From an uncultured Verrucomicrobiae bacterium (GTDB lineage Bacteria; Verrucomicrobiota; Verrucomicrobiia; Chthoniobacterales; UBA10450), in contig CAWFGO010000001.1 in assembly GCA_963815455.1 (NCBI GenBank), positions 480,001 through 544,000 of the forward strand: a stretch of DNA of 64,000 bases. Reading direction: 5' to 3'. Positions 10,351-19,053 of the stretch are shown piece after piece. Position 1 is the first letter of the stretch. Every line of letters starts with the position of its first letter. The notes beneath the pieces are model-generated. The model had not been told where the DNA came from. It did not search any database and saw only the letters and a list, made by a program, of their open reading frames with translations. Position numbers and translations under genes: made by a program.

Positions 10351-11235
10351 TCAGAAGCGATGAGCGAACCCGACGAAGACGTTAACATCATCGGCGCTGC
10401 GCGTGAGCCCAATGTAGGAGTTGATGTCGATCGATGAATTAGGAGTGAGTTGATAGGTCAAACCGAAGTCGGCGGTCCCGATCCAAGGGTGATCGTGGCC
10501 GGAGCTGACTGCGTTGAAGAACTCGGCATAGCCGCTCAAGTTTCCGACGATCGTGCGCGACACACCCACAGGGTTGCTCCATTGCACGCGCATGTTGCTG
10601 CTCTGCGGTTCGTCGAGGATGTCGATCCTTGTTTGGCCAAACAAGGTAAAACCAGCCGGCAGCGAGTAGTTAACTGGCAGGCCAAAACCCGGTTCCCAAA
10701 CATGATTGCCAAGGTGATTCGTGTTTGTCGGAATTTTGAGCGAGGAGACGAGGCCAATCACGAGGTTGCCGCCGTCATTGCCGAGGAAGTTGATCTTTAG
10801 CCGGACCGTTGTGTCTCCAAAGCCATCTTGCTCCAGTGGTTTTCCAAAGTCCTTTCCGCTCGTGCGCCGGTTGACATAAAAATTTGGAATAACCTGAAAA
10901 TCCATCCAGTTCGTCAGGCCGAGTTTGAAATTTGTTTGCCCGATTACCCAGGTGCGAACGCGAATGTCGAGATGTTCGGGATTGCGATGATCGTAGATCC
11001 AATCGGCCGCCGTGGATTCAATTTGGAAAGCGCCAGCATCAATCGTGTAAGGGCTATCGGTGTTGCTGGAGCGATCCGTATTGTAAGGCCGGCGCAGGTT
11101 AATCGGGGTCGGATTGAAAATTGTGTATCGCGACTTGTCCGGCGGAGGCGTGCTGGCGGGCGCTGACGATTCTCCGTCGGCGAAGGCCGCGTGTGCGCAA
11201 ATGGTAATTGCCAGCGCAATAAGAGTCCGTTTCAT
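10351..11235 (-). CDS. Putative outer-membrane beta-barrel 'transporter' (MetA-pathway/CoxB-like)
   Basis: Signal peptide MKRTLIALAITICAHAAFA from ATG 11235, TDR..T.SPYTID.G.FQIE, GFGD...RLK, C-terminal Phe (GFAHRF). Confidence 0.75.
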   Translation of the reverse strand: MKRTLIALAITICAHAAFADGESSAPASTPPPDKSRYTIFNPTPINLRRPYNTDRSSNTDSPYTIDAGAFQIESTAADWIYDHRNPEHLDIRVRTWVIGQTNFKLGLTNWMDFQVIPNFYVNRRTSGKDFGKPLEQDGFGDTTVRLKINFLGNDGGNLVIGLVSSLKIPTNTNHLGNHVWEPGFGLPVNYSLPAGFTLFGQTRIDILDEPQSSNMRVQWSNPVGVSRTIVGNLSGYAEFFNAVSSGHDHPWIGTADFGLTYQLTPNSSIDINSYIGLTRSADDVNVFVGFAHRF

Positions 11236-11471
11236 TAATGTTTCATTGGTGGCCGCGGGTTCTCGATGAACTGGGTCCAGAACGACAAATGCTGGGGAGC
11301 GCAGGCTGCTAGCCTGCTGTGCTCGGCAGCTTGCCGAGCACTCTTTTTCGATCCTTGAACGGCTGGAGCAATTTCGGAATGCGAAGAGCAAGCTGCTCTT
11401 CGCTGCAGGCTGGCAGCCTGCGCTCCCCAATCCGGCGAAACCGGAACGAAGATGGAGACGCACGTTTTCAT
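11235..11471 (-). CDS. Small hypothetical protein, FWTxFIENPRP family (copy 2), with in-frame REP-like insert
   Basis: Starts 11 bp after the kdpC stop; TAATG overlap with the next gene; paralogous ends with 6705..6920. Confidence 0.65.
   Translation of the reverse strand: MKTCVSIFVPVSPDWGAQAASLQRRAACSSHSEIAPAVQGSKKSARQAAEHSRLAACAPQHLSFWTQFIENPRPPMKH
11293..11429. repeat. REPIN-like element (GGGAGCGCAGGCTGC.AGCCTGC family)
   Basis: Long terminal inverted repeat with internal hairpins; second copy at 62142..62283. Confidence 0.85.
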
Positions 11472-11482
11472 TGTTAAACCGA

Positions 11483-12047
11483 TCAGCGAAGCGAATCGAG
11501 CGCGAGATTCAGCTCCAAAACGTTGACCAACCGATCGGGAGAGAGCGGGCCGCCGGGCGCAAAAGCGTGTTGCCTAACGAGTCCGTCGACTTGCGACTGC
11601 GGAACTCCGCGCGCGATTGCCACGCGCGCTGCCTGATACAAGGCTGCGTGCTCGGTGATGTGCGGATCGAGTCCGCCACCGGAGGTTGCGGCGAGTTCTG
11701 CCGGCAACGGTTTGTCAGCAGTCGCGCCATATTGTGCGATTATCGTTTTTGCGCGGTCGGTCAGATCGCTGCTGGTGGGAGATTTGTTGCTGCCGCTCGC
11801 GCTCGACGCGTCATAGCCGTCTTTCCCCGCTGCTGAGGGTCGCGGCCAGAAGTAACGCGGCTGGCTGAACTTCTGCGCAATTAAATGGCTGCCGATGATT
11901 TTTCCATCGGCGCTCTTGATCAAGGACCCATCGGCGGTGTCGGGGCTGAAAATCCTGGCGACCCCGAAAATCAGTGCGGCGTAGCCCGCCACACAGACAA
12001 CGCATGGTGACGATAACGAGGCGAATGCTGGCAATAAGTGATTTCAT
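11483..12047 (-). CDS. kdpC: K+-transporting ATPase subunit C (apparent frameshift near 12000)
   Basis: MKSLIASIRL start joined to A.GSLI, YFWPRPSA, SGGGLDPHI, VNVLELNLALD. Confidence 0.93.
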
Positions 12048-12051
12048 ATAT

Positions 12052-13736
12052 CTACCTCATGAATTGCAGATGCTCGGCGATCGGGCCGAGCGCCGCGGCC
12101 GGGAAAAATGTGAGCGCGCCGACAAAAAGAATGGTCCCGAATAACATCACGCCGAAGGTGCCGTCTTCGACGCCGAGGGTTCCGGCCGATTGGCGACGTC
12201 CGCCGTTTCGCGGCGAGCGAGCCGGAGATGGCCAGCGGCAGAATAATGGGAATGAACCGCGCCAGCATCATCACAACGCCGGTGCCAACATTCCACGGAA
12301 TCGTGTTATCCCCGAGTCCTTCAAAACCGGAGCCGTTGTTCGCGTTTGCTGAGCTGTACTCGTAAAGCATTTCACTGAAGCCGTGCGGGCCGGTGTTATT
12401 CAACGTCTTGGCGCCCCAATCGGGGATGGCGGCAAAAAGCGCGGTGGGCGCAAGAACAAAGAGCGCATGCGCAAAGAGCGCGATGACAGCGAGCTTGACC
12501 TCGCGCGCCTCGATTCGTCTCCCGAGAAATTCCGGTGTCCGTCCCACCATCATTCCAGCCACGAAAACGGCGAGAACGATATAGAGAAACATGTTGATCA
12601 TGCCGACACCGACGCCGCCGAAAGTCGTATTCAACCACATGCCGATCATCGGCATCAGGCCGGTCATGGGGTTCAGACTGTCATGCATCGCGTTGACCGA
12701 GCCGTTGCTCGTGCATGTTGTGAGCACGGCCCACAATGGTCCGGCCGTCGTCCCGAAGCGCAGTTCTTTGCCTTCAAGGTTGCCGACAGTTTGTTCGATC
12801 GGCAATCGATCAAAGGCCTGGGTTGGCGCTTGTTCAAACCAGACCGCGCCGCTGATTTTCCCGACCAGGAATACGAACATCACGGCGAAGATCACTGCTG
12901 CATGGCGCATGCGCCCGACAATGCGACCAAACATCCAGACGCACGCCATCGGAATCAGGATGATCGACACGGATGCGAGGATGTTGGTCCAGAAGGTTGG
13001 GTTCTCGAACGGATGCGTACAGTTAGGCCCGAAGAATCCGCCGCCGTTGGTCCCGAGTTGTTTAATCGTCAGGAAGGCAGCCACCGGGCCGCGCGCGATG
13101 GTTTGTTGGATACCCTCCAGGGTGCTGGCATGGGCTGCGCCGAGAAATGTCATCGGCATGCCACCGAAAACCATCAGTGACGCCACGATGATCGCGATCG
13201 GCAGCAGCACCAGAAACGTCGCGCGCTGAAGATCGCAAAAGAAATTGCCCATCTCTTTGCGACCGGCGAGGCCGCGCGCCATCGCGGCAAGCGCGGCGAT
13301 GCCAGTTGCGGCGGAAACGAATTGCAGCCACATCAGGGCGCAAAGTTGCGAGAGATAACTCATCGACACCTCACCCGAATAGTGTTGGAGATTGGTATTC
13401 GTCATGAACGACGCCGCGGTGTTGAAGATGCAATCGATGTTGATCGCTCCTTTGCCGTCGGGGTTGAGCGGCAGGTGCTGTTGAAATGCCATCAACCCGA
13501 AGCTGACGGAAAACATAAGGACATTGAAAACGAGCATCGAAACCACGTATTGCTTCCAATTCTGCTGCTGCGGCGCTGAACTGCCCGCCAAAGAATTGAA
13601 ACAGCCGGTCGAGCTTTCTCGCGCTTGAGCTGCGAGATAGATCCGGGTCCATGGCCCATTTCATGTAACGGCCGAGCGGCCAGGAAAGGATGGCGGTGCC
13701 GCCGACGATGAGTGCGATGAAAAGAATTGCGTTCAT
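12052..13736 (-). CDS. kdpA: K+-transporting ATPase subunit A (apparent frameshifts near 13585 and 12195)
   Basis: [52 protein letters not shown]-terminus [12 protein letters not shown] in a shifted frame. Confidence 0.95.
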
Positions 13737-13741
13737 AAAGT

Positions 13742-13822
13742 TCAGTCCTCCCAACGCGCGATCGCTTCAGTCAACGCGAACAGGAGCGCGAAAATGATGA
13801 GACCGAGAATGAAGTAGATCAT
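13742..13822 (-). CDS. 26-aa single-TM peptide between kdpB and kdpA
   Basis: Manual translation MIYFILGLIIFALLFALTEAIARWED; fills the gap and contains the GGAGG RBS of kdpA. Confidence 0.7.
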   Translation of the reverse strand: MIYFILGLIIFALLFALTEAIARWED

Positions 13823-13834
13823 AGAATCGTTAGG

Positions 13835-15899
13835 TTAAATGAGGTGCAAAGCAGGCAGAAGCATGTCGATCAACTTGATGCCGATGAACGGCGCGATGAC
13901 TCCGCCAAGACCGTAGATCAGCAGGTTGCGGCGAAGGATCGCGGCCGCGCCAATCGGTCGATAGGCGATGCCGCGCAACGCGAGCGGAATAAGCGCGATA
14001 ATGATGAGCGCGTTGAAAATAACGGCGCTAAGAATGGCCGATTGCGGCGAATGCAGCCGCATGATGTCGAGCGCGGCGAGTGGACCTCTCTGTCCCGGTG
14101 TTGCCACATAAGTCGCGGCAAACATGGCCGGCAAAATCGCAAAATATTTCGCGACATCATTGGCAAGACTGAAAGTGGTCAGCGCACCGCGCGTCATGAT
14201 CAGTTGCTTCCCGATCTCGACGATGTCGATCAACTTGGTCGGGTTGCTGTCGAGATCGACCATGTTACCCGCTTCGCGGGCGGCTTGCGTGCCGGTGTTC
14301 ATGGCAACGCCAACGTCGGCTTGCGCGAGTGCCGGTGCGTCATTTGTTCCGTCGCCGGTCATGGCGACCAGCCGGCCTTGCGCTTGTTCCTCGCGAATCC
14401 GCTTCAGTTTGTCTTCCGGCGTGGCTTGCGCCATGAAATCGTCCACGCCCGCTTCGGCTGCAATCGAGCCTGCCGTCAGCGGATTGTCGCCGGTTACCAT
14501 TACTGTGCGAATGCCCATTTTGCGCAGATGGGCGAAGCGCTCTTTGATTCCACCTTTGACCACGTCTTTCAATTCCACGACGCCGAGGATCATCATTTCC
14601 GAAGCGACCACCAGTGGGGTTCCGCCGCGATGTGAAATCTCATCGACAGTTTTCGTTACCGACTGTGGAAAAACGCCACCAGCTGATTCAACAAACGTCC
14701 GGACGGCCTCGGCGGCGCCCTTGCGCACCCGCATGGTCGGCTGCGTGTTGCTGGCGTGCAGATCGATACCGCTCATGCGCGTTTGGGCCGTGAACGGAAT
14801 GAACGTGGCGTGGAGCTCGTGCATTTCCCGCCCGCGCAGTCCGAATTTTTCCTTTGCCAATACGACGATCGAACGGCCTTCCGGCGTTTCATCGGCGAGC
14901 GAGCTGAGCTGCGCAGAAGCGGCCAGGTCGTTAGGCGCAATTCCTGGCGCGGGATGAAACGCCACCGCCATGCGGTTGCCAAGCGTGATCGTGCCTGTCT
15001 TGTCGAGAAGGAGAACGTCAATGTCACCCGAGGCTTCGACCGCGCGTCCGCTCATCGCCAGGACATTGCGTTGGAGGACGCGGTCCATTCCGGCGATACC
15101 GATCGCGCTGAGCAGTCCGCCGATCGTTGTTGGAATCAAACAGACGAGCAGCGCGACGAGCACCGGCACGGAAAAAACGGCCGACGCGTAGACACCGAAC
15201 GGTTTCAACGTTACGCAAACCAGCAGAAAAATCAGTGTCAGTGCGGCGAGCAAAATCGTCAGCGCAATCTCGTTAGGCGTTTTTTGCCGTCGTGCTCCTT
15301 CGACAAGCGCGATCATGCGATCGAGAAAACCCTGGCCTTTTTCCATCGTCACGCGAATGACGATGCGATCGCTCAAGCACACGCGTGCCGCCGGTCACGG
15401 CGCTGCGGTCACCGCCACTTTCCCGAATAACCGGCGCAGATTCGCCGGTGATCGCGGCTTCATCGACGCTCGCGATTCCTTCGATCACATCGCCATCGGC
15501 CGGAATGATGTCGCCCGTTTCGCAAACAACGATGTCGCCCTTCTGCAAGATCGGCGCTGGGAACGTTTTCTTCACTGCCATTACGCAACCGGCGCGCCAT
15601 CGTTTCCGTGCGCGATCTGGCGCAATGCCGCGGCCTGCGCTTTGCCGCGTCCTTCCGCAACGGCTTCGGCGAAATTGGCAAACAAGACCGTAAACCAAAG
15701 CCAGATCGACAGGTGCGCAACAAATCCGCGCTCGCCGGTTGACGTGAAAATGCCGACCGTCGTCAAAATCGCGCCAACCATCGTGACAAACATGACTGGG
15801 TTCTTGATCATCAGCCGCGGGTTCAAGCTTTTTGAAAGCGTCGCCGATCGCGGGGCCGACGATGCTCCAATCAAATAAAGAACGAGGTTTCTGACTCAT
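13835..15899 (-). CDS. kdpB: K+-transporting P-type ATPase subunit B (three apparent frameshifts near 15825, 15612, 15385)
   Basis: [41 protein letters not shown] spread over consecutive frames. Confidence 0.95.
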
Positions 15900-15909
15900 A
15901 CGCGAGTCG

Positions 15910-15993
15910 TCAAAACTTTTCCGGACGAATCACGGCCACGAACAGGTAGATAAAGAGCAACAGCGCGATGATGCCGACGATGATTGTTTCCAT
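15910..15993 (-). CDS. kdpF: KdpF peptide
   Basis: Manual translation [27 protein letters not shown] with GGAGG RBS; YL...RPEKF signature. Confidence 0.93.
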   Translation of the reverse strand: METIIVGIIALLLFIYLFVAVIRPEKF

Positions 15994-16003
15994 GGCGATC
16001 CTC

Positions 16004-16085
16004 CTAAAGCTGGTCGCAAAAGCCACATAAAGAGCGCTGACGATGAAGAATCACGAGACGATCCCAGCAAAATTAAGTCGCTCAT
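16004..16085 (-). CDS. Small hydrophobic peptide upstream of kdpF (indel-disrupted)
   Basis: MSDLILLG...FFIVSALYVAF(C)DQL, readable only across two frameshifts. Confidence 0.4.
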
Positions 16086-16143
16086 AACCGATCCACAATA
16101 AGCGAACTTCCGGGCGTGCGATAATTAAACGATGCGCCAAACC

Positions 16144-16160
16144 GTTAAAAATTCGTTAAA
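16144..16160 (-). promoter_or_regulatory. KdpE binding site upstream of the kdp operon
   Basis: Minus strand TTTAAC-GAATT-TTTAAC, same 11-bp spacing as the E. coli TTTATA-N5-TTTACA site. Confidence 0.65.
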
Positions 16161-16264
16161 GCCGACGAAGGCGAGTAGAAAGTCTCCAAACTCCCTTCCC
16201 GAAGAAATCGATTTCCTCGTTTACGCGTGATTGCTCATCCTCCTTCCCAACTCCTCGACTTCCT

Positions 16265-17284
16265 CTACCCGCGCACCGCTTTCATTCCCTGCCGAATGAT
16301 CCGGTCGATCATTTGCGGATAAGCCAGGCCCATTTTACCCGCCGCGAGCGCGAAGTCTTCGTCCTCCGCCAGATGCGGATTCGGATTCGCTTCGATGAAA
16401 TAAACGTGATTGTCCGCTGTCAGTCGCAGATCGATTCGGGCGTAACCGTCGATCGTGAGCAAACGATAGATTCGTTTGCAGGTCTCCTCGATGTGATCGA
16501 CCAGCGCCGCATCGAGCCCTTCGGGAAACTGGTTCTCCAAGCCCCAGCGTTTCCGATATTCCTCATCCCATTTCGCCTTGTAAGTCGCGATCTTCGGCTC
16601 GTTCGGCGGCACTTCGCGAAATACCATCTCGCGGATCGGAAACACGGTCAGCTTCACGTTGCCCATGATGCTGACGTAAAGTTCCCGGCCATCGATATAT
16701 TCCTCCGCGATCGCGTCGCTGTTGTATTTTTCGTGGATAAAACCGATCCGTTCGCGGAAATCGTCGTCGGTCTCGACGAATGATGCCCGGGAAATTCCGT
16801 AGGACGCTTCCTCCTTTACCGGTTTGACCAGGATCGGAAACTTGAGCTGTTTGGGGCGCCCGATCCGTTGGCCGCGTGGAATAACGACGAAATGGGGCAC
16901 ATGGATCCCGTGATAATGCAGAATTTTTTTCGAGATCCCCTTGTGCTTGCAAAGGGTCAGCCCGGTCGAACCGCATCCGGTAAAGGGCAGGCCTTGCATT
17001 TCAAAAAATGAAACGATGTTCTGATCGAACCCGGGATTGTTCTTAAACTGCTCGACCAGGTTGAAAAGAACGTCCGGCGCGAACGTCTCCAGTTTTTGCC
17101 GGAGAAGATCGACATCGTCGTAGATGGCGAGATGCTCGGCGGTGTGACCGAGCGTGCTCAGCGCGGCCATCACGTTCGCCTCGGTCTTCCAATCCGGCGT
17201 TTTCATTTCCTTGGAAAAATCCTGGTCGAGCGTGGTCGGGCTCGTGCCGTCGAACAGGACCAGAACTTTGAGTTTCTTTTTCAC
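16265..17284 (-). CDS. ATP-grasp ligase, D-Ala-D-Ala ligase-like
   Basis: LFNLVE, PFTG, VKP..E.ASYGI, EEYIDGRE, YARIDLR, IEANPNP. Confidence 0.85.
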   Translation of the reverse strand: MKKKLKVLVLFDGTSPTTLDQDFSKEMKTPDWKTEANVMAALSTLGHTAEHLAIYDDVDLLRQKLETFAPDVLFNLVEQFKNNPGFDQNIVSFFEMQGLPFTGCGSTGLTLCKHKGISKKILHYHGIHVPHFVVIPRGQRIGRPKQLKFPILVKPVKEEASYGISRASFVETDDDFRERIGFIHEKYNSDAIAEEYIDGRELYVSIMGNVKLTVFPIREMVFREVPPNEPKIATYKAKWDEEYRKRWGLENQFPEGLDAALVDHIEETCKRIYRLLTIDGYARIDLRLTADNHVYFIEANPNPHLAEDEDFALAAGKMGLAYPQMIDRIIRQGMKAVRG

Positions 17285-17303
17285 AAAAAAATCGGTTTCG
17301 TTC

Positions 17304-18317
17304 TTATTTCGTGCGCTTGAACTTGCCGGTATGAAGATAATTCATCACCAGCGTGGTGATGAAAGCCGAGACGCGAAAATCCTGCTGCGGATCGTCATTT
17401 AGAACATGCAGTTCGAGTTGATCGCACCGGTCGATCAACCGGGCGAGGAGTTTGTTTACCCGAAATTTTTTCTCGTTCGTCCACTGGCAGACTGAGTTCA
17501 GCAATCGCCGCCGGGTGCGGCGCAGATACGAGCTCGCTTTGATCCGCCCCGGGCCGGCTTGCGCAGCGAAAAGCTGGCGAAGATCGACATCGTAGAAATC
17601 CGGATACGTATCTTCAAAGAGTTTCCGTTTCCGCGCGTAATACGTCTTGAGTTTGACGTTCAGGCAATCGTAATCGGCCACCCGATATTTCGGCGCGTGA
17701 ACTGGCGGTTTTCCTGCAAGCGAACGCATCAGCTCATCGATGTATTCCAGCTTTCGGAGCGCCCGCCAACCAGCGTAACGCTCGCGCCAGTCCAGCCCAG
17801 GCGTCAGCCAGATCGCGAATGTCTCGGCGAAATCTTCGTCCGGGTGCGCTTGCGCGTACCAATCGTCGAGATGCATGACATAACTTCGGCTAAACGGCCG
17901 GGGCCGATAAAAACTGGGGGTGGATTCGCGCGACGTTCTCCCGAAAAACTTCTGCCACTTTTTTTTCCGCTGAAGTTGATAAGCATAGCTATAGGCATGG
18001 GCCGCCTCGTGCCGCATCAGTTTCATGAACCATTCGGCTGTCTCGCCCTCGACCTCGAGCATCATCGTCCGCTCCAGCGCCCGGAGCCGATCGTGGACGA
18101 GGAAAAACGGCACAAAAATCGCCGGAATACCGATCGGCACGAACCACTCATCGCCGATGTGAGTTGGCGGATGAAACGTAAGTCCCCTGGCCGAAAGCTC
18201 GTCGTAAAGCTGCTTGATCAGCGGTTCGAGCGGTGTCCCCTCCAACCGCAACCCGAGCGTCGAAATGCGGCGCTCGAGTAATTGTTCGTCGGTTAGGTTT
18301 GGCCAATCCGCATCCAT
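17304..18317 (-). CDS. Putative zinc-binding metallopeptidase
   Basis: RHEAAH (HExxH) and YAQAHPDEDFAETFA motifs. Confidence 0.8.
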   Translation of the reverse strand: MDADWPNLTDEQLLERRISTLGLRLEGTPLEPLIKQLYDELSARGLTFHPPTHIGDEWFVPIGIPAIFVPFFLVHDRLRALERTMMLEVEGETAEWFMKLMRHEAAHAYSYAYQLQRKKKWQKFFGRTSRESTPSFYRPRPFSRSYVMHLDDWYAQAHPDEDFAETFAIWLTPGLDWRERYAGWRALRKLEYIDELMRSLAGKPPVHAPKYRVADYDCLNVKLKTYYARKRKLFEDTYPDFYDVDLRQLFAAQAGPGRIKASSYLRRTRRRLLNSVCQWTNEKKFRVNKLLARLIDRCDQLELHVLNDDPQQDFRVSAFITTLVMNYLHTGKFKRTK

Positions 18318-18355
18318 TCAGCGCACCGTATCAGTCCGCGCGAGCGTCGCAAATC

Positions 18356-18388
18356 ACGTTGAACATCGAACGTTAAACATTGAACGTC
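18356..18388. repeat. 7-bp tandem array (ACGTTGA-like)
   Basis: ACGTTGA ACATCGA ACGTTAA ACATTGA ACGTC. Confidence 0.7.
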
Positions 18389-18486
18389 TTATTTGATGTC
18401 GAACTCTTTTCAAATCCGCTTCACGCTTCGAACGAAGGACGCCCGCTCTGCCAACGGCTCGGATTCATCGCGGACTTTTTTTTGGA

Positions 18487-18954
18487 TCAGATCAATGCCT
18501 GAACCGCTTTCAAATCGGGATCTTTTTTGGCGAGATCGCGAAAGGAAGAGTCCATATCGAAACTGGTTTGGAGATGAACCTTGGCGTCGCGGACATTCCC
18601 GAGCAGCGCATCGTAACAGCCCATGTTGTAGTAGTAGATCGGTTCGTTGAGCAAAGCGGCGGGTCCTTTGAGCAAAGTTTTCTTCGCTTCGGCGGTTTTC
18701 CCCAGTTCGTGCAGACAAAAACCGGCATGGAGGAATCCGGTGCTGCATTCGGGCGCGATGCGAATCAATCTCCGGCTCACTCGTAACGCGTGGAACCAGC
18801 ATTTCTTGCGCATCAGATTATGCAAGCGCAGCTGTAAAACTTCCGGGCGATCCTGGAACTCGTCCTCAATGGCGTTGAGTTCGACCATGGATTCCCGGAT
18901 CATGTCCAGTTCCGCGTAGCCGCAGGCTGCTACCAGATGACGTTCGAAGCTCAC
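18487..18954 (-). CDS. TPR-containing protein
   Basis: Helical repeats, YYNMGCY.A..G, A..D.DL C-terminus. Confidence 0.75.
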   Translation of the reverse strand: MSFERHLVAACGYAELDMIRESMVELNAIEDEFQDRPEVLQLRLHNLMRKKCWFHALRVSRRLIRIAPECSTGFLHAGFCLHELGKTAEAKKTLLKGPAALLNEPIYYYNMGCYDALLGNVRDAKVHLQTSFDMDSSFRDLAKKDPDLKAVQALI

Positions 18955-18984
18955 GGAACACTCCCTTAAGCAAAGACCTTGCCA

Positions 18985-19053
18985 TGTAGCCGCGGGCGCT
19001 GACCGCGGCTCCCCCGCGCTTTCGACAACCGGGGTCAGCGCCCCCGGCTACAG
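18985..19053. repeat. GTAG-type REP doublet (TGTAGCCG.GGGCGCTGACC...GGTCAGCGCCCCCGGCTACA)
   Basis: Inverted repeat; 26-nt arm identical to the copy inside rarA; supplies the pepF stop codon. Confidence 0.85.

Noticed and set aside
11236..11463. ORF-track N-terminal extensions of the barrel gene (and likewise speA, DUF151, UDG, rph)
   Set aside because: They run through repeats or neighbouring genes; signal peptides or conserved starts lie downstream
16086..16264. Riboswitch (for example c-di-AMP) upstream of kdp or kup
   Set aside because: Leaders are short and show no recognisable conserved aptamer; not tested with Infernal
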